From: Macrostomum hystrix
Lineage: Eukaryota; Animalia; Platyhelminthes
Reading direction: 5' to 3'
Assembly (NCBI GenBank): GCA_950097015.1
Contig: CATNEN010000003.1
Location: forward strand, 13,330,001 to 13,394,000
Length of the DNA: 64,000 bases
Both the position numbers and the translations under genes were made by a program. Under the pieces are notes generated by a model. The model did not search any database and was not told the origin of the DNA. It saw nothing but the letters and a program-made list of their open reading frames with translations. Below, piece by piece: positions 49,451 through 62,521 of this stretch (position 1 is its first letter; the number at the start of each line of letters is the position of its first letter).

Positions 49451-51715
49451 ATCAAATGTCTTTGTTAGGCTATATTTTTTCTATAGAAATTCACAGACCT
49501 GGCAGTCTGTGTGGATCTGCAGAAGCAAGTGTCATAGGGCATCGACCTGAAAAAGCGGCTTTTATGAAAGCCTTCACTTTCACTTCCAAACTTATTTTAT
49601 TACTTTCGAATTGAGAGGAAGCTTGCAGTATGTAATTTTACATTTGACTTTCCATATTTCGCAGAAAGTGCCGACCATCAAGCAGCTGATCCCATCATTC
49701 TACTGCATTATTCTGGTGGTGTCGAGAACCACTTCACATCCATTTTAGATACATTGAAAAGTTTCATCAGATCTCTCTGTCCAAACAATGTTTCACCTTG
49801 GAATCATCGCTTTCCATTCGAATGCAGTAAAACTATAGTATTTGAAGATAAAGTTCCTTCACTCAACGCATTTCTCGACCGCATTCAGAAAGAATCTATA
49901 CATCGTGCTACTGGCCGACGCCTTCTGGATGCTGGAGTCTGTGTCAGGTTTCAAAGAACAGCTACGTGAAGATAGACCTGTGCCTCAAAGATTTGGGAGT
50001 GTCACACATAACGTCCTCTCTGACGGCAAGCTGAGCACCCCAATCTTCGCCAAGCTCCAAGATGTCTATCCCCACGAGGGAGGATGCCGAAAACGAGGCC
50101 CAGCCGATCACTCTCCAGCGTCTTCCAGAACGAGATCCTTGCTATCAGCTCCTGCGCTTCTGATCTGCCTGGCAAGATAATCAGTGGAAGACATGTCGTC
50201 CACGACGATTGTGCGGCCTTCAACAGAGACCGGCTCTGCTACCTCAGTCCAAAGCCATCTATCAATGATTCATGCGGGCAACCAGGCGACCTGATTTCTT
50301 CCCAGGAGAAGAACGCGCTATAGAGAGGACCGGCTGACCTCCCTGACCGGCCCCGCGCGCCTTAGCCTAAGCGGGTCTTTCAGGGATTAGCGATATGGGA
50401 CCGTCAAGTACGTCAATAGTCGAACCAAAAAAAAGACAAAAAACGACAGACTATTAATACCGATAATTTTTTAAGATTTTTTTTCAAACACAAAAATAGT
50501 CGACAGCTCTTTTATTTGATATAGAAAAAAAGCACTGAGAGATCAGTCTCAGTTCGACTGTAAAAAGGTGGTAGATCAAAACAGCCTTGACACTCACTCC
50601 AGGATAGAACCCTCTCAATAGACACTTCGAGTGTCTAACAACTGCGCCTGAAAAAATGGATAGCAGCAAAATCGGGTGCTAGGAAAAAATGCTAAACAGC
50701 AGTATGTACGAAGGCCATGGTAGTACGAGCTATCGTAGTTAACGTTCAACTTTGATTGTGAGAAAACACTTCGATTGAGCAATACTACTACAGCTTAGTA
50801 ATAAAGTAGTACATTCCTACTACCAACTTTTTAAGCGGTAAAACACAGAAAATAATTTTAAGAAAATAAAAAATCGTTGTTCACATGCAGCACATCAAGT
50901 TATTTTTTTTAGAAAATGCTTCTTTGTTACATTACAACCCGCAAATAAGGTTTGACACAACGACTGTTTTGGATAAAAGGTCAGTATAATTATAGACAAC
51001 AAAAATAGATAAAAAATTAGTACATCGAAACACACAAAAAATACCTGAAGTTAAAACCAAGAAACTTAGGACAAAGCATTGGTTGGCCAGCATTGAACTT
51101 GATCAACTAGATAAAATATAAAGCTAAAAAAAAACAATAAATTACGCACAAAAGAAGCTGCTTAGTATGATAAAAAAGCAACAGTGCAACATTCGCAAAC
51201 CATTGAGATTTCAAGTACAGGACATTGGTCACGATATGAGATCAGAGCTTTATTGCTAGATAAACATACTGCTTAAACTAATTAAAAGGACAAAATAAAA
51301 AAATCGCAAAAATAATTTTTTGTGCATTCATCTTCAACTATTGCCCGTTTAGGAAATGAATATTGATTTACAAAACAACCATTGTTGGCTCTGTAAAAGT
51401 TTAATTTACAGAAATTACAGTCCATTACAGCATTTGTCATTTTATTTAAGAATCCGGACATTCGCTACAAGACACTGACTATCATATTTAAACAAAGTTA
51501 AGACCTTCGGCAATTGTCCAAACACCATCAAGAACCACCCAGAGCTTTCAATCAATGCACCTTAATTGATGATTTTTGGTTATTGCCTCTGAATCAAACA
51601 TTTAACTGCTCTACGTTTTTAATTTACTGCTCTCTTCCTGCACCGTTTTTTTCATAGACAGCTGTCACAATATTGAAAATATATAAAAGGTAGCAAAACA
51701 TATAAAAACTCACCT

Positions 51716-52358
51716 CACACAGTTTTGGCCATAGACAGTGGTCCAAGCATGGATAGAATATGATTGGCCAAGTCTTACACTAATTGCTCTCCTAACCCTG
51801 TAAAAAATTCGGCTGCTTTTTCGGCGGGTTTTTTGTGCAAAATAGGAGTGGAATCTACCAAAATCCCCCCTATCTCGCAAGAGTTAAAGAAACCACCCAA
51901 GAAGCAGCCGATGTAACCGTAAATTGTGCGGAAACCGCCGAAGAATCACCCGAACCAGTGGCCCATGGGACAACCAGAGAATCATTTACGGGCGATTCCT
52001 CGGCGGTTTCTGAGCATGGAATCTTCCAAACTGGAGGATTCTTTGGGTGATTCCATTTCGCCACCAAGAAGCACCGAGAAAACGCCCAGTTGGGTAGATT
52101 CTAAGCATGGAATCATCCGATTGGTATGCTTCCAGCGTTTGGCTGTTTCTTTTTTTGGAAACACCGCAGATTCCAACTGGAATCACCCAAAGAAACATCC
52201 CTATTTTTAGCGGGAATACACGGTTTTGGCCATAGACAGTGGTCCAAGCATGGATAGAATATGATTGGCAAAGTCTTACACTAATTGCTCTCTTAATACA
52301 CGGTTTTGGCCATAGACAGTGGTCCAAGCATGGATAGAATATAATTGGTCAAGTCTTC
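51716..52358. repeat. Three copies of an 80-bp unit, interrupted by the MITE
   Basis: TTTTGGCCATAGACAGTGGTCCAAGCATGGATAGAATA occurs at about 51723, 52224 and 52304. Confidence 0.85.
51796..52214. mobile_element. EnSpm/CMC-like MITE (CCC..GGG ends, 2-bp TSD)
   Basis: Ends CCCTGTAAAAAAT / ATTTTTAGCGGG. AA is duplicated relative to the uninterrupted junction of the neighbouring 80-bp repeat unit. Confidence 0.65.
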
Positions 52359-52448
52359 TTAAATAAAACTAAAAATGCTACAATAACATTATCTTTGACT
52401 GGTGCATCAGTGAAGAAGAAAGTCCCAGCATTGTGTTAGAATATTAGA

Positions 52449-55400
52449 CTACGAGAAGAACGCGCCACTAAGAAACCAGCCGCATAGGATGCCAGAAAAA
52501 ACGCCGAGCACTAGAAAGAATGCGGCCAGCATAGCAGCCAAGCCGGCATGTTTCTCGGCATCGGCAACACTCCTTGGCGCGTACATCATACATAGAGACG
52601 ACAAATAGCCCGAACTAAATGAGAACACAATCATGCCGCAGATGAACGCTGCGTCGCTGTTAATCAGGACTGGTATGAAGCTGCGCTTGTCCGGAAAACA
52701 GTTGCAGAACAGGAAGAATGGCACAAAGATAATTAGGCGCGGCCAAACGAGCAAGGCAAGCCAACGCGGCGACGGGAACTGCCAGAAAGTTGACACCAAG
52801 CTGCCGAGCATGGCAAACAAATTAAAGAACAGGAATACAAAGATGTCAACAAACCAGTCCTTCATGCCAATTAGGGTCAATGGCGTCACAGTCGATTGTA
52901 GAGCTGGAAAGCAGGCTAGAGTGCAGAAGAATACGCACCAGACGCTCAGGCAATGGACCCAGCACTGGCGTAGCACATCCCAGTAGCGGCGCCAGTAGCT
53001 GTGACAAGTTAACAAGGATTTGACAAAGCTTCGTTTTAAAAGGCGGCATGATTAGAAACAGATACTAAAACTAGACCAGGGGTCGGCTTACTTATAAGCG
53101 TGCAGGCCAGGGAAAGAACTAATAGACGACAAATGCGGGCCGCATTAACTATAGTAATATGAGACAAGAGAGACGAGACAGAAGAGATGAGACATGGAAG
53201 AGATGAGACAGGGGAAGATGAGACAGGGGGAGATGAGACAGGGGGAGATGAGACAGGGGGAGATGAGACAGGGGGAGATGAGACAGGGGGAGATGAAATA
53301 GGGGAGAGATGAGACACGGGAGAGATGAGACATCGGAGAGATGAGACACGGGAGAGATGAGATAGAGAAGAGATGAGACGGGAGAGAGACGGGAGACACG
53401 GGAGACATGAGACGGGAAAGATGAAACAGGGTTTCGGCCATAGACCAAATTATGCGTCGATTGCCCCACAGCACAAACACAGTACTACAATATTTATAAT
53501 TATAAATTAATTTTTAGATTTAGATAAGTAAATGGCAATTTTTTTTCTAATAGTAGACCTACAAAAATAGCTAGGTAAAAAGGCACTTACCGATTGCAAA
53601 TTAGTTTAGCTTCGTCCCCTCGAATACAGCAGATAGCGCAGCACTCAGCAGCCGTACTGGCGTGATCTCCGCAGAAGCCGTCACTATTATCTTTGCTAAC
53701 AATCACAACAACAGGCTCAGCCCCGGCATCGTTACTATCACCAGCAGGTTTGTCAGTGTTATCAATTGGCTCAATGTCCAGCATGGGAATTTCAAACTCC
53801 CTAGCTTGATAGTGCTGATAGAACTTTAGTTTCGGCAGCAATAGCAAAGAGACAATGCAAACGCATAGGATAATAACAGCAGACGAGAAATATAGAATAG
53901 CCGTCACTTGGAGATTTAGATTCGATGCTGCTTTACTAGCGAGATTAACTAGGCTCACAACAGTGCCGCAGACATTGTTGCCTGAAAGTTGGGAGATTTA
54001 GTAGAGCTTGAAAAAAAATATTATAATAAACATAATAATTGCAGGAGGGCTGCGGCCAATGGCACATCATTTACTGCACTAGACCCGTAGCCAGCGAGGA
54101 GGCAATTCTGCCCATTCCCCTGAAACAGGGTGTGTACATCTGCCCCTGACTTTCTCATCGTCAGGCTGTGTGCACTCTCACTGTGCGTTGGAGGTTTGCC
54201 CTCAAAGGGTGTAAATTACAAGACAAGCCCCTAAGCCCCTAAATGAATGCCGCGGAATCGAGCTCAGGACCTCAGGATGCGAGAGTCAACCACGTTAACC
54301 ACACTGCGACAGACCCTCTGAGTAGGGCTTATAAATTAAGTAAAAAATGTTTTAGAGACAAAACTACCATGCGCACTGTTTTGACCGGTTGTAAAAAAAA
54401 CGAATTTTGTGTCGATTGGAAGATGCTAATGAACAAGAATGTAGCTAACTAATTAATTAGCTAGCTACATTAATCTAGTTGAATCACGTTTAGGCTTAGC
54501 ACAATCTTATGACCAGATACAATTAGAGACGGAATTATTTTGTTTCATTTTTGTTTCAATTTAATACTGGAACTGACTGAACTTGGTAATTTAACTCTCC
54601 TCTCTCTATAGTGGGTATCGAACTGGGCAACGAACTTTGCTTTCTGTATTTTTTGCTTTTCTCGGACTAATGGCACTGAAGTGTAGTTCAGCATTACTGA
54701 AGAAGTGAGAGTGAAACTATTTGTTCTATCGTCATCTGAACTGAACGAAGATACAAACAACTCACCTAACACAATAGCATTTGAATAGGCCATCGGCAGT
54801 AGAGCAACCATTCCAAAAGCAGAAGACTGGTACACCCCGGCGCAGCAGTTCAACACTACTATGCACAGTATGGTCATGCCGAAAAAGGTTGCTGGCCAAT
54901 TCTGACTGTCAACGATGGCAAGCACGACAGTAAATAGGCAGATGACAATCTCGACTAGGATGACAACTATTAGTTTGCGCATTTCGTTACCCGACTTCAA
55001 TGATGGCTTAGTAGATTGAAAGAATACATTGATAGCCATCATGATGATGTTTGGCAGCTGGGCGGATATGGTGATGTAGTTCATAAAGTTGGAGCGATAG
55101 TCAGCATTGACTGAACTATTAGTGTTTAGCTTGTAGTCGCGAAAGTAGCTGACGGCATTAATGAACATATTCCAAGGCAGTAGGATGCCAATGCCATGCA
55201 AAGCGAATACAATGAAAACTGCATAATAGATGTCTTTGGGTGCTTTGCCACTAACTTCAATAGGTTTGGTGTCACCATAAGGATCTTTGGCTTTTGTAGC
55301 TGATGACTGAAGCAACAGAACTCCTTCTGGATTATGGCAGTCTTCTTTGCATAGTGTTTCATCTTTGGTGTCACCATTTTTAGTCACCTTATTGCCATCC

Positions 55401-55492
55401 GTCAGGGCCACATGCTCAAACTGATCCTCGGTACCTGAATCATTTGGCAGCAACTGCTTGTCAGGTAGCACCATGCTGTCAGTAAGGTCCAT
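52449..55492 (-). CDS. SLC29A: Equilibrative nucleoside transporter (SLC29A/ENT family), 3 exons
   Basis: Exons 55492-54766, 53981-53591, 53028-52449. Motifs PKDIYYAVFIVFALHGIGILLPWNMFINA, GVYQSS, NAIVLGNNVCG, TLACFP, FNLFAMLGS and SSGYLSSLCMMYAP are characteristic of ENTs. Confidence 0.92.
53077..53430. repeat. hAT-like terminus plus 15-17-bp GAGATGAGACAGGGG array in ENT intron 2
   Basis: Starts CAGGGGTCGGC, contains GCGGGCCGCATT, then the array. Inverted relative of 24470-25105. Confidence 0.8.
54050..54318 (-). mobile_element. tRNA-derived SINE in the ENT intron
   Basis: Minus strand GCAGTGTGGTTAACG (A box) ... CCTGAGCTCGATTCCG (B box). Confidence 0.5.
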
Positions 55493-57595
55493 GCTTTAAG
55501 GAGTTTTTTAAGCTCTTGCTTTTTGTGTATTTTAATATAGCAGATTTTTTGTATAGGTTCTGAAATGAAGAAAAAGAAATCCTAAGAAACAAGCAAAAAA
55601 ATCTTTCTTATTATTTGTTTTTTAAATCTCCTAGTTTGATATGTGAAATTAGGCCCTAATTAAAATTTGAATTGGCACTAAATGTTCTTGTAAGTTATGA
55701 GTTTTATACTCCCAAAAGGAATTTAGGACCCATTATATATTAGCTCTAAATATTATTTTAAAGCTTTCTTTAAGTAGGTCTAAATAACATGTGAATTAAA
55801 ATGTAAGATGTAATCATTCAGATTTAGAGCCTACAAATGGAACTCCATAATGACCATAGCAACAGATTTGGTACTGCAAATTTCAATTTAATTAATTAAA
55901 CATAGCAAATTAGGTCCAATGTATTAGTTATTAGTTATTAGTAATGTATTACTGACAATTAGTCTATTATATATTTTTTTGTATTTCTAATTTAGATAAA
56001 AGTAGGGCAATAATTCAGTTCTATTTGCTAAATTAATTTGCACCAGCTACTCATAGGAATTTTTAATTTTGCATAGGCCTAACATGGCATGGCATTGAAG
56101 CTTTTAATAAGTGTCTATGGTAGAAATAGAACTGCCTCAGCAGTTGATGTTACCATGATTACGTCTCTTGTTTTTACATTCAAGTGTCACCACATTACTC
56201 TAACTCATTGGGGTGCAGCACTTTTTAGACAGTATATGCACAATTTGACAAGCACCACCAAGAGCACGAGCAACACACACTCGATATAGCCTTGCAAAGG
56301 CTATGGTATATATAGAATGTAGACGTAGTGTAGGTAGGTCTAGGCCCTATCACCCTAGGGCCTACCTAGCTAGTGTATGTACTAATAGACAATCAATCCT
56401 TTGTCGTCTGTTCGTTGTTCGCTGTTGCTATGGCCTATGTTATATGACACATTAATAATACTAAAACATATTAGACTGGATATTGAGACCGAGACTTTTC
56501 TCAGTCTCACTTTTCTCAGAAGTTTGAAGTCGAACTTCAAATCGCTAAATACTCTAGTCCTTAGATTGTTAATTATTGCAAAAGATCTAAGACCTCGTGG
56601 CGCATGATTTGTAAACAGAAGTACAACTGAATAGAATTTAAGTTTCTTAACAAAGTATAACAAAGTATAACAAAGTATAACAAAAGTATAAAAAATAAAA
56701 AGTACGCCAATACAAATGATGAGACTATGAAACAACCTAGAGAATAATTTTTTTTATTCTTTTATTATGGAAGGAAAGTGAAATTGCAAAAAATGTTGCT
56801 TGCCACGATGCTGTGTTGAAAGTTGCGTAGATGAATTATTAATCCACAAGTTCGTAATCCGAATATATCCAACAGTAAAGTCAAACTAACTATGAATAAT
56901 ATTTTATATAATATATATTTACTTTTCCTTTGTATGACAGTGTTGCGTAAATATGGCTGGGAAAATTGTGTACATTTGCATGGTGTATTAGACGCAAGAT
57001 TCAGTTGGACAAACGATTTTTAATAATAATAATAATAATCCAAGTTCTAATTACCAAGGACCACTAGGAGTAGCAAGGACGACTACTCCAAATGATTCTT
57101 GCTAATTACAACATGTACATTGAAATTTTGACACAATTTTGATACAGTGAACAAGTGCACTGTAAAAATTTCAATTGTTAGTCAATCCTTTCCTTTAAAT
57201 TGCTTCAATTCCTTCCTTTCAATTGTTGTTTAATTGTCGGACAGTGCACTTGTTATAAAAGTGAAATTAGATGCTAGCTGCAGGACCCTTAAGACTTTAT
57301 TGGATGATTACAGCTAGTCGCCAGCAAGGACAACTTAACAACTCAACTTATATATGTAACTAGCTTTTTTTGCCCGTTGTTTTTGGGGCAGAAATTTAAA
57401 GCAAAGCAGTAAGCAATTCACGTCTCTGTATTAACTTTATAGTGAAGGTCACCATTTATTTATTTACTGCATTAATGAGAAGTGAAGAGTGTGTTTAAGG
57501 CGTTTTAAGTAAAAAATAAGTGAAAAGTTTGTCCAAACAGCCCCCTCTTGATTACTTCTTTAGAAACATGTCTCTTAGCCACTCATCTATACAGT

Positions 57596-57889
57596 CAGTG
57601 GCAGATCCAGGAATTTTGTTTTGGGGCGGTCTGTCAGGGGAGCGCCATGAGAATCACAGAGGGGGTGCCAGCGGCCGAAAAAGGGCGCCAGGAGCCAAGA
57701 AAGGGCGCCAGGAGCCAAGAAAGGGCGCCAGCAGCTGAAAAACGGGAGCCAGCGGCTGAAAAAGGGGCGCCAGCGGCCGAAAAGGGGCGCCAGTGCTGCG
57801 ACTGGCGCCCCTGGTGGGGGCATCCTATTCCTATGATTAAAATTTAGGGGGGCGACTGCCCCCCCGCCCCCCCCCTAAATCTGCCTCTG
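57596..57889. mobile_element. hAT-type MITE nested in the Helitron
   Basis: TIRs CAGTGGCAGAT / ATCTGCCTCTG and a perfect 8-bp TSD TATACAGT (57588-57595, 57890-57897). Internal AAAGGGCGCCAG repeats. Confidence 0.85.
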
Positions 57890-58041
57890 TATACAGTATG
57901 CATGTACACGCGTATACATAAGGAAAATAGCCATGGCATAACAATAACAATGTCAAAGAAACAAAATTAAACTGTTTCAGAGTTCAGAGTTAGACAGGTC
58001 AAGGTCAATTCGTGACTACTTTTCTATTAATTGCTTGCGAG

Positions 58042-58975
58042 TCACCTCAAGGCCTGGGGTGCGAAAATGAATAGGCCAGCTGGAGTTCCAACACGGGAGC
58101 AGGCGACATAAAGCTGCCCATGCGAGAAGCAAGGAGTCTCCAGGTTGATGCCAGCCACCTTCAGCGACTGTCCCTGAGCCTTGTTAATAGTCATCGCAAA
58201 GCACACTCTCACAGGGAACTGCAGTCGCTTGAACTGAAATGGCAGGTCCGTGGGGATAATTGGAATCCGGGGAAAGAACACAGACTCTCCTCTGCCAGAT
58301 CCAGTCATTATCGTGGCCTCAATCACGTGTGGGAAGAGCCGCCTGACTATCAGTCTGGTGCCGTTACACAGCCTTGGCGCATTCAGGTTGCGGAGGAGCA
58401 TAATTGGTGCCCCAACTTTCAGCTGCAAGTTGTGCGATGGAGTTCCAGGAGGATCTAGAGAGTTCAGAAACTCAACAGGATACTCCACAGCGGTGTCATC
58501 AGTCAACGTTGTATCAATTGACTTGTAGGTGAAAACTGCACCTGGCAACTCCTGAGGCAGTTGGTAGTTAATTTCGTTGGCGGCATCATTTCTAGGACAC
58601 AGAATTGCCCTCTCTGACAGCCAGTCAACGTCAGCATATCGAACCATCAGGTTCGGGTAAACTTTTGCCTTGAGCTCCTGCACTGACTGCACAATGGTTC
58701 CGATTGTAGCGATCGATGACTGCCCATCCTCGGTGCTAATCTCCAGCAGACCATTGCCGATTCGCAATAGATTGGCAGAGAACTCATGAGCTGTTTCGTC
58801 TCCTTGAATTGTAGCTCTCATGTTTTGTTCGTAGGTGCAACTTCACAACCGATGGCCACAGGTGAGATGATTTTAGGCAAGCATTAATCTCATCAGCAGG
58901 AGTGCCACGCGGAATCACAGGCAGCGTCTGTCTAAAGTCTCCAGACAGCAGCAGAGTGACACCACCCATCAGTTG
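58042..58975 (-). pseudogene. Helitron PIF1-like helicase, C-terminal fragment with frameshift
   Basis: GGVTLLLSGDFRQTLPV, then a +1 frameshift in the T4 run at 58823-58826 (expected ..TNMR). Followed by AILCPRN, IMLLRNL..LCNGTRL, QFPVRVCFAMTINKAQGQSL and FSHGQLYVACSRV. No Walker A/B and no Rep domain. Confidence 0.88.
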
Positions 58976-60869
58976 ATCGCCAGCCTCTTTCTTTCTTCTG
59001 GCTGGAGAGAAATATCGACCGGAGAGCCCTGCGCACTGGAACGCCACCGCACTCACCGCACTCAGTCTCAGTGCTCAGCTCGCGGCCGCCGGCTAGCCGA
59101 CACTTCCACTAGTCAAAAAATACTCGGCTAGCCGGGTGAATCCATGTGGACCCATGGGGGGCTAGCCTTCAGTGCTGCTTGGGGGCCAGTAGACAGTCTA
59201 GGGGTTTGGGCTGTGTACATTCACGGCTTGAAATACAATGTACAGTCTGGGGCTTCGGCGCCCGGGGAAGGGAGGGGGTGGCTGTAATAAAATTTGGCCC
59301 GCAGAGTGGCGGAGGGGAGTTGGGGTGGCTGTCCTCGGAAAACAAAAAGTGACTCACTTTGAGATGATGCAGCTTTGCTCTGGATTGAGTAGAGATGTTC
59401 AAAATTGACAGCATTGTTGGAAAACATGTAAAGTGTAAGTGGATCAAATTTGGAGAAAATCTGACAAAGTGGGGCAACAATATGTCGAATTGAGAGATTT
59501 TTTGACGATTTTTGAGCAGTTTTTTGCACTTTTGAGCAGGAAGGAAATGATTTTTCGGGAATTTGAGTAGCCTATTGCACTCAGCGTAGGTGGTTTTAGG
59601 TATGTGCAAAGTTTGGTGCGATTTGGTTGAGCGGTTTCGGCGTCTATAAAGACAAAAGGTTGCACACACACACACACAGACAGAGTTTTCACTTTTATTT
59701 ATATAGATTCCTAGTGGTCCTTGGCCGCCAGCTTTACAGCAGTCACCGTCACGCACATCCGTCAGTATGGATTATGGCTGTGAGAGATAACAATTCAGAC
59801 TACTGAAAACAGTAGAAAAGCAAAGGCTTAGTTGCAAAACTCTCCCACAACACTAAAAACGTATCACCATAAAATGGCAAGGTTACAAAAGATACTTCTG
59901 TGCTTTTTGGGAGAGGACTGCGTGTGGCTATGGCTGACTGACGAAGGCAATCAAGCCATGCAGAAACTGGTCTCGGTCTGCCAGCGCGGTGAGGTTTCGT
60001 TCCCCACTTTTAGTGTGTTATTATTACAATGGCATATGGCTTTGTTTAACCAATCAAAACCGCTGTCAGAAGCTAGGCCCGTGACTATTAAAAATATTTT
60101 AGGATCAAGAGCGGAGAGTAAATTAAGCTCATCCAAGACACAGGTCTGGAAATATCATGTTTGAGCGCAGTTAAATAGCACACAAATATCCATGCAGTCA
60201 TTTTTTTAAACAATCATTTAGTAGCTTTTCACAATGTCCCACTTTGGAGTTTTCATTGAGTGCTGCGTAATGTACTTGACAAAGTGCATATAATCAGGCA
60301 CTATAGCTGCAGTACTATCGTATTTCTGGTAATTATATATGAGTCAGTAACCAATGAAATAAATGTAAAACCTAATACCGATAATAAATTCCTAGGCTGT
60401 CACAATATAACTAACAGAAACAAATGTTTCTGTTACGAGACGAAATATTTGGCTGATAGATCTACAAAGCAGGAATCGTGACTACCTTTCTACCCACCTA
60501 CTATACAGTACGCTGAAATTTCAACGTCAGTGCCAAAAACTGACAGATAAATAAAAAAAAATTTTTTAGACACAATCTATATTTTAGTCTCGAATTTAAA
60601 GTTATTAATCTCTTTGATTCCGGGTATTGTATAGTACGCCTCGTATAATTGGGGCTTTTTCAACAGGTGATCGTGACTTTTCACCTCCCAACAGTATAGT
60701 ACGATCCTTACTTTGCATTCAATTGTATTGTTGAATACCTGAGAAAACGACTCATTGCTGATCTGCTGGGTTTCCAGTATACCTCTGTCACCCACTTTCA
60801 CGAGAGCTGCATCGATCGTATACTTGTATAGTGAATGCAAAAATTTCTTTTCTTTATCTTGCATTGCAT

Positions 60870-62521
60870 CAGGGATCCCCAACCTTCTACGGGCGGCGGG
60901 CCGCATTGACAACTGGCTTGGGGTGTGCGGGCCGCATTGACAACTGGCTTGGGGTGTGCGGGCCGCATTGACAACTGGCTTGGGGTGTGCGGGCCGCATG
61001 CTAATACACAAAACATATAATACGCAAAGCCAAGCAAAAATGTCCATTTCCAAATGTCAAACAAAATTAATGAGATGGCTGGTGCTCCTTATCCTTCGAC
61101 AGCAGTACAAAGTTTGGCTTGATCGACGAAACTCGAGCAGCAGTGCATCTTCGAGGTGGCCATCAATCCAAATAAATTAGCAATCCAAATGTATTGAAGC
61201 GTCGCTTCTAGCAGTGGGGGGTAAGACATTTCTGGGCATATTTCAATACAGCTAGGAAAACTTTAACACTTTCCAGTGATATCCAGTGATAGACTCGGCG
61301 GGCCGCATGTAATGCAAACTACTGGAAGGTGCCGCTGTAGTGTCAGCTTGTTTGCCCTTCTATCTCCTCGTGTTATTATTCAGTACTTATTTTAGACACG
61401 AGTTTTTTAGCAAAAAAATCACTCACACCAAGCCGGGCTGGACCAGCCGGGGAAGTGGACGCCCACCACCCCGCGAGCGCTACCCCTGGGCTACAGTCTC
61501 GGCCAATCAGCGTGCGACCCGGCCTCACTACCTGTCTACCCTCGGCAAGAAGCGACCCCGGGGCTCAGAACGGCGGCTGCGAGTCTACTGTGATTTGTCG
61601 CCTTGGCTCAGGCTACAGCCAGGCATCCACCTCGCCGATCGGCCAAATTTGGGGTTAACATGACTCTATAAAAGGAAGCGTGTTTTTTTAGTGACTTATC
61701 GTTCTCCGCAATTCGCCTCACACTGTGAGAAGCACGTGCAAGCTAGTCCACTATGTTTGTCTCTCCCCGCCCGACCACGCTCCGCTTGTTCAGTTAGGTA
61801 GCTTTCGGCGCTACGCGTCTTGAGAGTGCGCCGCTGACAAGGGTGGTCTAGATAGGCGCTTGTTGTCGAAGTCAGTACGTGCTCTCTTCGGAGACTCCGC
61901 CGTCAGGCAGAAGGAGTGCCAACCGATAGGATCTGTCGGGGCAGCGCTGAAAGCAGAGACAACCGGAGCCTCTCGGGAAGAGTAGGGCGCGGATTAGGCC
62001 AGCTTAAGTAAAATTGTTATATCCAATTTCCCCGGACCAGATTTAGCTTTTCACTGGGAGCACGCTATAATTGCTTCCCGTGCAAATGTCCTCATTCTGT
62101 CGGTTTAACTTTTGAATCAAGTCCAATAAATAACGAGAGGCAATTCAATTCCTATTCTTATACCTAGAGTCGGCGAGTCTAAAGTAGATTAGATTGCTCA
62201 CCAATCAGATCCTTTCCGAGTCTTCTGTTCAATCAGTGTTATTCTTTTTTTCATTGGGAGTTTCGCCGGGCCGGAGGACGACATGCGGGTTTCCATCGCT
62301 TCTCTCTCCCGCTTCGCTCGCTACCCGAATCCTTAACGCTATTTATTTTCAGATTTCCCCTGCTGCTATTGAAACGATTGGTAGGACACCGACCCCGGTG
62401 CATAGTGAATAGTCGCTAGCTTTAAAATCCGCACGCTCCAGCTATATATAGGACATTCAATTTATTACACCGCGGGCCACACAAAAAGGGCTCGCGGGCC
62501 GCAGGTTGTTGGGGACCCATG
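60870..62521. mobile_element. Non-autonomous hAT (Charlie-like) element
   Basis: TIRs CAGGGATCCCCAAC / GTTGGGGACCCATG, 8-bp TSD CATTGCAT/CATTACAT (7/8), subterminal GCGGGCCGCA motifs and a 31-bp internal tandem repeat at about 60895-60998. Confidence 0.78.
61341..62402 (+). mobile_element. Solo-LTR-like interspersed repeat nested in the hAT element
   Basis: Begins TGTC, TATAAAA at about 61667, AATAAA at about 62125. Strong inverted homology to 48513-49085, whose homologous end reads GACA. TSD not identified. Confidence 0.5.

Larger units (their letters stand above)
57360..59707 (-). mobile_element. Non-autonomous composite Helitron
   Basis: Minus-strand 5' end A|TCTATATAAATAAAA at 59707. 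3' end hairpin TGCCCC..GGGCA followed by CTAG|T at 57360-57363. A second internal hairpin + CTAG|T lies at 59109-59138. Encloses the PIF1 fragment. Confidence 0.72.

Noticed and set aside
49660-50325. GC-richer segment with broken ORFs, possibly a decayed transposon gene
   Set aside because: No recognisable motif. Needs BLASTX.
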